Notes: generated from the letters alone by a model not told the origin. Counted from the whole stretch's first letter, positions 37,561 to 51,539 are shown. The stretch is DNA of 63,140 nucleotides, filler included, from Collodictyon triciliatum (GCA_043381765.1; 9 parts of 9 records of this genome joined end to end with filler, not necessarily neighbours in it); one strand, 5' to 3'. A program made the numbers and translations.

Positions 37561-40500
37561 ATGGATGGTTATCCGAATATGTTGGGAGACGATCCTAGAA
37601 GGGTACCTCATATCATTTTCAATATTCTGTTATAACCACACAGTACTCGGGCACATTTGCTATCTAGAAACAAGGAGCATTACGTCTCATTCGCTCTGAA
37701 TTATCTTTCTTTATTTACCATTCACATCATTACAGCATATACTGATAATAAAACAAAGAAAAAGAAAGGACACGATTCATGTAGCAATTGTTGGATTTAT
37801 CGAATTCCTGTCTTTAAGAGAAAAAAAATCATTTTATAACAAAAACATTAAAAACTTAGCAAAGGCAGGATGTAAATATGGCCAATCGCAGATTTCTGGA
37901 GAAAGTAATGCCTCTTGAATATTTCCTTCACTACTATATTTTCATTTTAATTCTTATGTTACCACAATTACCTCACACATACTGCAGGACTCTTCGGGTC
38001 CTTTACAATGATAACAATACTATTGATAAGTGTCATGTTCATGTATCAAAGGATGTTTGCTCACGTGTTTGCAATTTAACATATACATCTGACAGCATCA
38101 AAGTCAGGTTTTGGCTAATGGACACGATTTGCCCGAGATGAAGCTAGAAGCAGAGGTCCTATTATTTTCCTTACAACTCCATTTATACCCGTACACTCGA
38201 CCATAAACCAGTTATCAACAGCGAACGATAATGTATTTCTCCTTTTTTTCTCATAAATTTGTGTTTAATAATAATCATAATCATTACCGATGAATTTTAA
38301 GAAACAGGACGTGATGAAAGTTGATGCTACGAATCCCACCCGCATACTACCCCGGATGCACCAGAATCAAAGTTTGCATCCTTTCGGAGCAGCAATTCAC
38401 CCTAATGGACAGCTTGTGTCCGAAAACCACACCATGGACAAAGTTACACGCCTTAGCGGACCGCCGGAGAATGCAATCAAGTCGGAAGCGAAAGAACAAA
38501 CAGGGCCTACATTGATGCGTCGGCCACTTGCAAACATGATGTCCATGGCCTCACAGGCCGGGCCGCACAGCAGCACAGCTGGTTCCGTAAGCGCTTCTGG
38601 GAAATCGAGCGAGTTGCCGAGCATGAGTATTATGAAGCAGGACCCTGCGTTGGGAGGCCATTCCATGCTTTCTGTGAGTCCTCAAGTCATGCGGGGCCGC
38701 CTAGCTGTTGAGGCCGTTCCCAACGGCTTCCACCACCAACACCAGCTCCAAGGAAACTTACAAGGCGTCGCAAAATTTCAACCAGGACAGTCCATGCAAA
38801 AGCTGAATCCCCAGATGTCGCTCCCCTTGAACGGAGACACCCAGAAGCGCCTCATGTCAACTCCAACCAATCTTGCTGTCAACCAGAGAATAACGCGACT
38901 CAATCCAGAGAATGCTGTCGGGTCAGAGCCTGGCGTTCGTGGGTTGCTGGTTGCGTCAACTCTTTCCCAGTCAATCAGTCCGTCTGCACCAACGGGGCCC
39001 TCCCTCAGCGCAGCGAACAGCATCAAGACAGAACCTAACAGCGATGCCTCGTTCACATCTCCGCAAAAGACACAATTGAGTGTCCAACAACACCACGCAA
39101 AACCATCTCCCCAAGGCCCACAACAGTTTTCTCAATATGCGTTCAAATCCAGTGTACAACCACACGTGTCATTTAACCAGACAAATTCACAAGGAAGCGC
39201 TTATTCTCACGTCCAGTCGTATTCCCAGCAGCAATCTGCCCAGCTCAATGCACACCTGCCGATTGGTCAGTCCTCTCAAGCATATAGCGTGCAATCGTCC
39301 GATGAGAGGAGAGATGCACATCGAAGCGATACCAATACAGCTCTTCAGCTAAACTCCAGTCAGGGCAATCCGAGCTCCATTTCGATGGCTATGCCCGACA
39401 GAATAGTCCAAAGTGCAGCGCTCGACATACGGGCTCATGAAGCGGGACTGGCTTTTCGAATGTCGAGAAACTCGGCGACGCAACCTGCGGGACATTCTGA
39501 TTTTGCTCGGATGGCGAACCTACCTTCCGTATGTGTTTTTTTTTTTTTCATGAGGACTACCTTCAGAATTTCATGAGGCCATCTAAAATCAGAGAGAACT
39601 CATATCTTCCTATCCACACATAATGCATCATATTTATTTGCAAATTATAACTTTTTATGTTAATATCCTAAAAACTTGAAATTCAAAAAATAATTGAAAA
39701 ATGACTTCTTTTTTTCCCCTATATGAACTATATGGGAAAATATCTGAAACAATGATTGGTATTATAACACATGGAACTAATGTCATCTCCGAAAATTCCC
39801 CATGCAGACGCTACGTATGATTTCTTTACTATTTCACATGCCGTATTCTCTGTAGAGCTTTTAATTGATCGAGCACCTTCGAATTTCAAAATTTCAATAA
39901 TTACACACTTTAAGGTGCTCCTTAAATGACTATTTTATATAAAATATAATTGAATATTCGAATAAATTGTATGATAGACACGGTGGATGCGACCATAATG
40001 TCAGAAATTTCAAGCATCGCTGAAGCAAACAGGAGTATACATTCAATAGCAAGAAGATGAAATTCGAATGCATATATGCGTTAACTATTTTTATCTCTCG
40101 CTCTCATGCTCACAAAATGTGCAATAATTAGTGTATTGTGAAGAACTTAAACGTGCCGGGAATGCAAACCAAAGCCACGTGAAGAAACGTATGAAATTTG
40201 ATTACAGGATTTCACAATTTACGACCGATTTTTGTTCTTCTCTATAGTATAGTTCACGAGACTAAAAGCAAAGGCCCACAATCACACATTCTTCACAAGA
40301 CAGAAGCTTGATAGTTAGAAAAACTGACAGCAAGACACAGAGAGAGATGATTAACCACTCTTGAACTTTATAGATTCTAATATTTTTCTACGGTTTTTGC
40401 CGGCCGCGTTTGTCCTGGATCATTCGTTTGTAACTGGTACTGGGTTTTTATGCCACGTAGCATATTTGCTGCCGCTTTTATATTATGTTATATATTATTT

Positions 40501-42454
40501 CTAGAGTTTTTTTTTCTTTTAGGGTATGTCCTTCTTTGTAACTTGAGAGTGTGACTTACTTTAAAAATGCCCAGGGATTGTGTCCAAACTAGGCGACGAG
40601 TCAGTAACAGAAAAAAACAGAGTAATAATAGTCTTCAAATTTCCTTCAATCTCATGAAGAATATAATAATATTTAAGTATAATCAATTGAAAGGTGCTTC
40701 TGATGTGTAAATACTTAGAAACGCGGGATGGAGCAAATATCCGGGAAACAAAAGTCAATACCATCCGATTGGACGTGTCTCACACCGACACTAGCAACGA
40801 ACACATATTATAGGTTACTTCCTAATTTCGTTTTTAAACAAATATTTTTTATGAAAATAACATTCATATAAAGACAATAGTTTTGGTAACAGTTCACTTT
40901 TCCTGATTTCTATATGAAGTTTTGCTACCTTATAAAAAGCTCCCGGTTTGCGTCGATGCCAGTTGTTATTTTATCATCCTGGTCTATAGAGCCCAAAGGG
41001 AGCTTAAAATGATTAATTTTCTCTAGCGTGATGGTCAACCGAATTGATATGCACCGAATAGACCCTGTTGCGACGGTAGATACCACTCGGGTGGAGGTTT
41101 TTTTTTTTTTTTTGTATCACCACACAAACTGTTTTCTTTGAATAGTTTTGTTGAAATTAAGGATTTGACTCGCAAATGACGGATTCCTTGGACTTTTTTC
41201 TGTACAGGAAATTCAATTGGAAGTTAATTGTGGCGAAAGACCTATCAAAATATACCATCACAGCAATCCAATATCTGCACAGGTATATTTTTCTTTCATT
41301 TTCCTTTTTTTCTTCCTTTTTTCTTCCTTTTTTCTTCCTTTTTTCTTCCTTTTTTCTTTCTTTTTTCTTTCTTTTTTCTTTCTTTTTTTCTTTCTTTTTT
41401 TCTTTCTTTTTTTCTTCCTTTTTTCTTGCTTTTTTCTATACTTCTACACATCCAAATAGAGTCCAGAAGAGCCCGCTCCGTATTTCTTTGAAACCAAGCA
41501 GTTTTTTAAAATCGAGGCGGCTGACGAATTTTGTAATTATTTATTGTATCATAGAAATCTCCAGAGTGTTAGAAATATCTCAATCTATCTCATTTTACAG
41601 TTTATCACTTACTCTATTTTTGATAAATAAGTATCGAGCTACTCCTATCATTCGCCTAAGTTGGATATGAAAGAATGCCTAGGAGAAATACAGGTGTGTT
41701 TTGCGATTTGACATAATAAGTCTTGTTTTACCAGTGATTTAAATATTCATGTGGCAAATTTGGTTGCATTTGAGCACAACAGAAATATTAAGCATATCAA
41801 CACGAATCTTTAGAGTCACATCTGTTTAATCGACTACGTCAAATCTGACATATCTCACATCAAAGAAAGATATCCTGATATTACCATCAATCATAATATA
41901 ACAAATCTCATGATGGAAATTCACGCCCGCTTCGGTATTTAAACCCCTTCAACATCAAATAGTTTCAACTATTGCATAGTTCATGATTCCAAGAACATTC
42001 CTTTTATTCACTGGCAATTTTTAAGGCCGTGGTGTATAATCTAATGTCTGCCAAAATCTCTATTATGTAATAAATCTTCACTACAGATAAAATGAACCAA
42101 GTCCAGCTACTTCTAACTAGATCTCTGCGAGAAAAAACCAAGTCTGGATGGAGCTATCTCTTTGTTGATAGCTCCAAAAGTCTGTGATTTGTTTCTTTTC
42201 TTTTCTTTTCTTTTCTTTTCTTTTCTTTTCTTTTCTTTTCTTTTAATTCATATTGAATTTTATTCGTGGTATCCTATTGTTGATTAAGTCATCATATCGC
42301 AGAACCGATTAGTCCATCATCGTTTCTATTCGAGCGGTCTATCGTAATAGAAAAACTGTACAGAGAAATCATTCGCCCACACCACAGTTGTCGGGATTTC
42401 CTACAAAATTATGCAATTCTCATGGAGCTTGACTACAAAGAAGGAATATCGTAG
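37561..42454 (+). CDS. Unknown protein with a large Q/S/P/A-rich low-complexity exon and a multi-exon C-terminal domain
   Basis: Putative first exon MDGYPNMLGDDPRR|, then a ~1.2-kb exon at ~38308-39528 (428-aa ORF), then short exons (KQKSIPSDWTCLTPTLATNTYYR; VMVNRIDMHRIDPVATVDTTRVE; EIQLEVNCGERPIKIYHH; ..KLYREIIRPHHSCRDFLQNYAILMELDYKEGIS* with TAG 42452-42454). The start is tentative. Confidence 0.65.
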
Positions 42455-42719
42455 AAAAGAAGCACATTTGATATGCCTTTATTTGATTAGACCTCTTTCC
42501 CAAGTGTATGAAATGTGATGCAAGAGAATTGCTACGTTTGATATCTTATGTCCCACATCCACCTCTTACTAATTTTTATCTTTACACCGACTTGGAAAAA
42601 AAGTACTGAATGTGAAGTCTTATAATTACTCATAAATCATGTATAACCATTCTAACGATTCTGATGATATTGACCGATTGGAAATTCATTGCTTCTATTT
42701 CTACTCTTGTTTTGTCTTT

Positions 42720-42870
42720 CACTTTTTGTTTGTGTTTTTGTTTTGTTTTTGTTTTGTTTGTTTTGTTTGTTTTGTTTTTCGTTTGTTTTGTTTGTTTTGA
42801 TTTGTTTTTGTTTTGTTTTGTTTTGTTTTGTTTTGTTTTGTTTTGTTTTGTTTTGTTTTGTTTTGTTTTG

Positions 42871-42911
<41 letters not shown>

Positions 42912-43105
42912 GTTTTGTTTNNNNNNNNNNNNNNNNNNNNNNNNNNNNNNNNNNNNNNNNNNNNTTAATTAATTAANNNNNNNNNNNNNNNNNNNNNNNN
43001 NNNNNNNNNNNNNNNNNNNNTTTTCTTTTTCTTTTTCTTTTTCTTTTTCTTTTTCTTTTTCTTTTTCTTTTTCTTTTTCTTTTTCTTTTTCTTTTTCTTT
43101 TTCTT
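42720..43105. repeat. (TTTTG)n and (TTTTTC)n arrays flanking a gap
   Basis: Tandem arrays on both sides of the N-run at 42921-43020. Confidence 0.9.
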
Positions 43106-43858
43106 TGGTTTCTTTCCCTCTTTGTCATCTTAGGGGGTCAAGAGAGGAACTGGCGTGATCGGGCGGGTTGATTTATGTGCGTCTGGATGAGGGCGGAACT
43201 TTCAGTGACAGACAGTCCTTCCTTCTATATCGATTCAAAAGTAAAATATAAAGTTAATTAATACATCCAATAGTGGTAATTGTATTATGAGTCCAAATGT
43301 AATGCTATATTGGAACCAAATTAGCTGAATAACTATATTTTCCGTATTTATATTATGGTTTGGATATTCCGTGGTGTGAGGATAAATGTGTGCAAAATAC
43401 TGGCTTCAAGCTTGAATAATCTAGAATATTCTCGAATCGTCTGCACTACAGCCCACCACCCTAACCCTTTCTCTGAACTGGCCGCTGGCTCGAACTTTTC
43501 CAGCTGCCTGAAGAATGTATATGAAGGCGATAATAAGTGCTTTCAAAGTGTTGCCCAGGATAAAACAGCAGGACTAGCCAAGCAGCGGAACCTAGAGCTG
43601 TCCCCATCTGACTTCCGCACCTTCCTACCTCTTCCTTTTCCTTTTCCTTTTCCTTTTCCTTTTCCTTTTCCTTTTCCTTTTCCTTTTCCTTTTCCTTTTC
43701 TTTGCCTTTTCCTTTTCCTTTTCCTTTTCCTTTTCCCTATCCTCTCCTCTCCTCTCCTTTCCTCTCCTTTCCTCTGTTTTCTCTAGCTTTGTGACAACCG
43801 TCTCAACCAGACAGTAGTTCAGCTTTGACGAAAACGGGTACTAGGAACAAACAAGAGA

Positions 43859-46800
43859 ATGTCGATCAGCGGAGAGCTTGCCCAAATCCATCTTCCAAAG
43901 CCCGAGACTCCATTCTCACTGCTTGAGTGCCGCCCAGCCTGGGAGAAACTGACGGAGAAGGAGAAGCGATATGCCCACCACTTTAGCAGAGGTTATTTTT
44001 CGCTCATTTTTTTTCTCTTCTGCCTGGCGAGTTTGAAACATTCCCGTCTCTTTCCGTCGCCTGTTCGCAAACCATCGCTGGCTAAGCCTTAATATATATA
44101 TATATTCGCGCAGCATCCATTCTGGGGAGCAAGATTGTCCTTGAGCAGACCTCCCCTGAGAGCGTCCGCATTTTCCATTTCCTGCACAACCTCTTCTCCG
44201 CACGTCCTCTCGAAGGTTCATGAGTTTCGCTTTTTACTTTCACTGTTTTGCCTTCTCTGTCTTTACCTTCATCTTTCTAACTTCTCCCCTGATAGCTAGT
44301 TGATTCGCAACCCACATATTTTTTTCTCTGTCTTTCCCTGGACTGCATATTCATGAGCTTTGGATCAAACAGAATAATATTTTCTTTTTTCTCACAGTTT
44401 CAGACAGTCTCGACTGCTTTTCTTCCTTATTTTCCCTCTCTCAAGAGTCACCTTCTACTCATTAGAGCTAAAAGCAGAGAGTCTCAAACTTGGTGTGACC
44501 GAAGAAGAATTCAACGATGTCCTGATCTATACTGGATACTTTGTCTCTAACATGGGAAATTACTTAGTAAGAGATACTTCCCACCACATATGAGCACAAA
44601 ACAAGGATGAATTTCCACTTTATATATGCTGCCACTTTGCAACCATTATGCCTTTTTGTTGTTATTATTCCCTACCCATTCAAGAGGGATATACCAATCT
44701 CATTTCGCTCATTAAAAAAAATATGTTTTATTTATGACGATAGTGGCTAAGTATCACATTATATGTGTTTTTCTTCAACTAAAAAATACGAAACTTCATT
44801 TCCTTTTCATCGGTCTTAAATCCCATGACGCCTTGTTACCATACGAAACGCATGACTAATACACACAAAAAAAAATGAACGTTCTTTTCGATAAACACAT
44901 ACATCAATCCACTGTACTTATTTTGTACTTTGCACGGTTTACCTAGGGATTTGGTGATACCAAGTTTATCGTAAGTAAATCCTTCTGTGTGACATATTTC
45001 ATATGCCCAACTTACACGTGGGGTTATTTGAATATATACATGATACTTTGTACCAAAAAGCCCCTTAAGCGAATAAAGATAATGCAATATATTTCCAAAC
45101 AACATTCCGCTGTGAATGAAAAGAACATACACTTTTATCCCTTTACTTTATCATGTGTTGATCTTTCTTACACTTTTAGTGCATTTTAAGTCTCACTCAG
45201 CCCAAACCATATAACTGACATCTAGCCTCGTGCCTCTAAGCAATCGTTTGCCCTGGTTGCACAAGCTGCTGGTCCCGCCTTATCCGCAAGCTATCAACTT
45301 GTCGAAACTCCCATGTACTCTCTGGAGAAGGTTGTTTCACGATTACATATATCATCGTTATGATTTTCACTATCTCCTTTCTGCTATTGTATCCCTTCAT
45401 TGATAAGTTCCCTCATCATATCTCCATCATATCTTCATTTTTTATTTGAAATATCAACCAAGATATCTCATGACTGACACATCTTTATTATATGCAAAGT
45501 CGAGCTACAGTCTTGGAATGCCCCCAAATGGAACCACTAGTGAGTGGAGCTCTCTTAATTTCTAACCATCTTATGATACCATATCCATCTCCCAGCACCC
45601 TTCTATATATTGGACAATAGCTTAAGCAATATTACTATATTTTTACAATAAGTAAATATATAATCAGGATATTTTCTTTTCAAGTATTGACGTACCAATA
45701 TTAACATATTCTTCTGGACACAGCATACTACTCTGACAACATCACTGAAGAAGATGTCGAAAAGGCATGACCTTTATTATTTTATGATTCTAATCCAAAA
45801 CGCAAAATACAAGACGTCTAGCTATGAACTAAAGCCATTCATTAAACTCAATTATTGATGCAGTGGAATCAATATTATGGTGTAGGTCCAAAAATTCATG
45901 CTTTCTCGGCAGATGGAGGGATGGAACACCAGAATATTCAAATCTTCCCGCGATGGTGAGCGGATATACATCACGAACAAAGGGAAAAAAAACCCCATCC
46001 AATTTACTCAGATTCTACCTCATTACCACTCTTCTCAGCGATGATGTGCATTCATAATCTACTGAAGTCATATAACTTCATTTTAATAATGACGATTCTA
46101 TCATCCTATACATATCTAGGACACAACCACTTCCAAGTACGCGTTGCATCGGTAGAACTGCGAGAGGATGGGCCCTTCCCACTGGGTGGTAATTACCTTA
46201 TCTCTATCAATCACCATCTATGCAGCTTTCTAACAGTTTATCTATTTAACTCAACACCTTATGCGAAAACGAATTTGCCCCCATATTTTCATGTCTCAAA
46301 CAATTAAATAAATTTAATACCTCCCCATGATACATATACTCATATAGATGCTTCTGAAGCTACGGTTTCTATTGTCTATGGCGATTATCATGAAATTATG
46401 GCAGAGGTTGTCAGCGAGTTGACCAAGGTAACTTTACCACGGAAACTAGGAGACCAGTTGTAATTATACTATATTTGCACCATTGAGAGAATCATGCAAA
46501 CATACGCCTGTGTTCATTCATGTGAACTCAAAGACGTTAATTACAGGCGAAGGAATATGCTGCGAATCAGCTTCAAGATCAGATGCTTGAAAAATACATA
46601 GCTCACTTCACAAATGGATCCATCGACTTGGTCTTTTTTTTTTAAAAAATTTTTTTTTAATTAAGCTACCAGCAACATAAACATAACAGAAAGACAACCA
46701 TAAAATAACTGTGATGCATCAGTAATATGTATTCATCTTTATGCCAAACAGCATAAAGAATCCCAGAGTTTATGGGTTCAAGACAAGGGTCCAGTCATCG

Positions 46801-49800
46801 AAACAAATATCGGCTTCATTGAAACGTAGGCATACTACATTTGTAAATAAACGTACTGTACTTCATACTATTACTTACTAAGAGAACTTGCAATCTTATG
46901 AACCACGTTGAAGGAGACTTCTTGCAGACTGAACTTTGAATTATGTATGTAACTTAAGCTACCGTGACCCTCTTGGAATCCGTGCCGAGTTTGAGGGATT
47001 TGTATCTATGGTCAATAAGGTCAGATATATGTCTCCGAATCTCCTCTAGGTTAATCACTCAAGTGAATGTGGCAATTATGTTCTTTTTATTCGGCGGTGT
47101 TACTACTCACGTTTTATGCTTCCTCCTCCGCCCTTTTAGAATATGCGCTTATATCCCATCATGAATACTTATACTATCATACTCTTTAATCAGGCACGTA
47201 GCGAAAAGTTTGCCACCCTCGTTGCAAACGCCGGTCCTCTAATCGCTGCCCTCCCATGGCCTAAGATTTTTGAGAAAGGTCTGTATGAAAATCTGGTAAA
47301 ATCAATTTTTTTTGTAACATTGTAAGAAACACACGATCTTTGTATATTTAATTGTGATTATATATTGTCGAGGACCTTTATATGTAACAAAATCAAACAT
47401 CACAGAGGAATTCCACGCACCAGACTTTACAAGCCTTGACGTCATGGTATTCGCGTCAAGTGGTGTTCCTCTGGGAATGTACTGTTTAATAATCTGATGA
47501 CTTTTACTGTTAAATTTTGTGTTATACGAACTGGATTTTCATCGGGAATCGAGCCACATTCCCTTAATCACGTCCAATTAACATTCACATAGAAACATTC
47601 CCAACTATGATGATGTTCGTCAAAAAACAGGTCTATTATAAGATCCTACTATTCATGATGGTTTTATATATTTATTTTATTTTATTTGTCCATTATATTC
47701 GTGTAATCTATATCAGATCTTAACCCACCCAACTGTAGGATTTAAGAATGTTTCCCTTGGAAATGTTCTAACTTCTCGTAGCTCTGCAACCAAGATTACA
47801 TTCCTGTCAGAGGAAGACCAGCGCTTCTTTAAAGATCTTTTTGCTGAGGTATAAGGCAATTCGTTATAATAGCTATATGCAAAGTGCGTTGGGACTGTTT
47901 TGATACACGGGCGGCAGCCATTTCATTTTATTTCATTGTGAAAATAACACATATTACCTTCCTTATTTCAATTTTATCTGCTAATGAACGATAACTTGAT
48001 TGCTTCGCCTGTGTTGCAATATGTATCATTCATGTCATATTAAGGCGTACGAAATCCAAGTGGCTGGTCACGAGTTACTGGGACATGGCTCCGGGAAGAT
48101 TCTGAGAGGTCTGTATCGCATGCCTGTCTTGATGAATTCCCCCTTACAATTATCTTTAAAATTCACGTGTTCGATTGTAACACAAAATTTGTAGAAACCT
48201 CACCTGGGCAATACAACTTTGAGATGGGAATGGTCAATCCCCTCACTGGCGCCCCTGTCGAAGGGTATTACAAGATAGGAGAGACATACGACTCTGTGGT
48301 AATTTTTATATATGATTCCTTCCTCCCTATATGCCTGCGTACTCAATAAGATTTCGGTACCTCAGTACCGATCGATACAGCTCCAACGTTCAAGTATATA
48401 TTATAATAAATGGCCTTTTGGAACCCATTTAGTTCCTCGATATTTCCTCATCCATGGAGGAATGCCGTGCGGAATGCTGTGGAATTTTGCTCTCTGTTAA
48501 CACAGGTCAGTGACGCACTTGTGATGTAGAGCATTATAATATCGGGCATACCATGCTACCAAAAATCTGCTGCAATTTTTCTTTCATAATGATAAGGATA
48601 AAAAAAAAATGATAATTTCAATTATATAGATATGCTTAAGATCTTCGATGTTGAGGGAGAGGCTGTCAATGATATCAGCTACACCAACTGGCTCATTATG
48701 GCTCGTGCAGGTATGTGCCACGCTTTAAATGTCCTTATCATCTCTTAATGCAATGTGCTAGAATGGAAAAGAAGATAAAATGTTCCTCAAACTCCTTCAC
48801 CGAAGGGCTTATTGGACTGGAATTCTTTACGCCTGACGCGAAAAAGTGGAGACAAGCCCACATGCAAGGTAAATGTTGTCCCATTCACCATACCATTTCA
48901 CTCCTGCGATACTTGCCGTGCTTAATAGATGCAATATCCAGAGAACAATTTAAAGAAAAAAGCTATAGTAAATTAGACAAAAAAAAAAAGATGTACTCCT
49001 TGGGAATTAAAAGAGAAAAGAATCTTCACACCATGATATTTTTCAATTAGTTATGAAAAATTGCCGAACGCATACCTTATTCACACTGATGTATTATTTC
49101 ACAAAAAGCACGCTTCGCCATCCTCCAAACGATGCTACGTGCTGGTCAAGACCTTGTGAAAATCGAGCAAAAGTAACACACCCAAGAGCTTGCTTAACAT
49201 CCTCCTCTGGCAAATATTATATTGTCCTTCACGTGCAAGTGCACACACAAACACGCAAAAAAAAAAAAAATAATCTTTCTCGAGCCAATACATATATATG
49301 AAACATGTGGTGATGATTCTAACAAAAAATGATGACATGACAAAAAATAATAATAGATGCTCTATTTATTATTCTCTAGGTCTCAGTATTTTTCATCTTA
49401 ATAGGGACGGTGATGTCACAATCTCGTTGGACCGCTCGAAGATTCTCTCAGTAGGTGTCCCTGCTGTCTCAGAACTCGTGACCAAAATAAGTACGTCCCA
49501 TTTATTTTATTTTTCACCGCAGCTTTTTTTCCCCTCTTCCCACATATAAAGTAAAAGATCAAATATTTTGTTTTTGTTCGTATTATACCATGTGGACTAT
49601 TTTCTTTATTCAAGAAAGCGACAGAGGCAGTCCATCTGGGCACCCCTAGTGCCTATCAAAACTGGCATAATGCTTCTCGCTTCATTGTTTTGTGATATTC
49701 ATTGTTCATCGTTGAACTATTCTGTATCGTTTCTTTTGCATATTTTATTTGCCCCTTGTTACATTCGCATGCAAACTAATGGTATGTGTCTCCATTACCC

Positions 49801-50595
49801 GGATAGACATCTTCCGAAGCACTGNNNNNNNNNNNNNNNNNNNNNNNNNNNNNNNNNNNNNNNNNNNNNNNNNNNNNNNNNNNNNNNNNNNNNNNNNNNN
49901 NNNNNNNNNNNNNNNNNNNNNNNNNNNNNNNNNNNNNNNNNNNNNNNNNNNNNNNNNNNNNNNNNNNNNNNNNNNNNNNNNNNNNNNNNNNNNNNNNNNN
50001 NNNNNNNNNNNNNNNNNNNNNNNNNNNNNNNNNNNNNNNNNNNNNNNNNNNNNNNNNNNNNNNNNNNNNNNNNNNNNNNNNNNNNNNNNNNNNNNNNNNN
50101 NNNNNNNNNNNNNNNNNNNNNNNNNNNNNNNNNNNNNNNNNNNNNNNNNNNNNNNNNNNNNNNNNNNNNNNNNNNNNNNNNNNNNNNNNNNNNNNNNNNN
50201 NNNNNNNNNNNNNNNNNNNNNNNNNNNNNNNNNNNNNNNNNNNNNNNNNNNNNNNNGCAGAATACTGGGTCGGACTTCGAAGCATTGTCATTGCAAACGC
50301 TCAGCCCCGCAAGTTGTTTGTTCAAACAAACACAAAGATCGAGAGGTTCATCTTTGCTTTATAATCTACCTTGTCACCACCTGCCTTGGGGTGGCCTCTC
50401 GGTCAACTCTGTCATTAACTATAAAATGTGATGTTCCAAGAAAAAAAATCTTTTTTTATTTTGTATATTTAAATCTAATACAAAAAGAAAACGAATACCA
50501 ATCATATCGTCCTGTATACCAGAGACCAGGCCGAGCTCATCGACTACGAGTCCAGTGTGGAAGGGATGATCAAGTCGTTTGTGGAGCGATTCTAG
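43859..50595 (+). CDS. DPP3: Dipeptidyl peptidase III (peptidase M49), at least 26 exons, one internal gap
   Basis: Motifs: [86 protein letters not shown], the zinc motif [10 protein letters not shown] (from 48069), [27 protein letters not shown] and [10 protein letters not shown] (TAG 50593-50595). Confidence 0.97.
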
Positions 50596-50917
50596 GTCCG
50601 AATGCCCAAAGGGTATCTGCAGTTGGTGTCTGCCTCTACCCGCTGCTCTCATTCTCCCGGAGGCGTCTCGCGAGTGCAACAGCACGAGGCTCTTGTTTTG
50701 CTCCTGCCGAAAGAATAAACGAGGAAAACGACGCACAGACGCACATATGCCGTGAGGTCGAAGTAAACAAGCAAATCAAGCAAATCAAACAAATCAAAGA
50801 CACACGCAGTTTTGTGCGGGGATTCATTTATTAGGCGGTGGTCCTCTTCCTGTTCAGTATCTTTCATCCTTCTCATGCTGACTTTCTGTCCTTCCTTCTT
50901 CCTCTGGCGTGTTGTTT

Positions 50918-50918
50918 T

Positions 50919-50981
<63 letters not shown>
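50918..50981. repeat. (CAT)n microsatellite
   Basis: Trinucleotide array between convergent genes. Confidence 0.95.
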
Positions 50982-50982
<1 letters not shown>

Positions 50983-51080
50983 CCACATTATTATTTCTTT
51001 TCTCTCTTTCTCTCTCTCTCTCCTTCCCTCTCACTCCCATCTCCACTGTTTCTTGTTTTCTTTTCTTTTCCTTTTCCTTT

Positions 51081-51539
51081 TCACATGTCGTTTTCCTCTT
51101 GGCTTTCGAGGTCTTCGCCAGCGCCGCCTTTGTCACCATACGCCCCGCCGGTCGACGCAGAGTTTGGCCGCCCACTCGCGCGATTGCCGTTCGACGGCCG
51201 CCCGTGTTTACGCCGCCTCTTCTGTGCGTTCTTGGCCGAGTTGCGTTGGCGTTGCTAAATTCATCAAATAGCTCATCATCATCATCATCGTCATCATCAT
51301 CACCACGAGGGAAAGCATATTGCACATACCACGGATGCTGTGTACTCCTGCTCACACTTGCGGAGTCCGTCCAACAGCTTCAAGGTTTTCCGCTGCTCAG
51401 GTAGTGTGGTGGCCGTCAATATATTATACAGCTTTCGTTTCGTCGTGTTGTTCGACTGGATCATCTCTCGTAAAAGTTGCTGCTTTACTCGAAGTTCCAC
51501 AGATATTTCGTCATCTTCTCTCCGCTCCATCGGGATGGG
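51081..51539 (-). CDS. Last two exons of an ADA3/NGG1-like SAGA subunit (5' part not visible beyond the gap)
   Basis: PIPMERREDDEISVELRVKQQLLREMIQSNNTTKRKL resembles the conserved ADA3 C-terminal motif DDEI..ELR..Q..L....N...K..L. The second exon is basic (AQKRRRKHGR) and ends at TGA 51083-51081. Confidence 0.7.
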
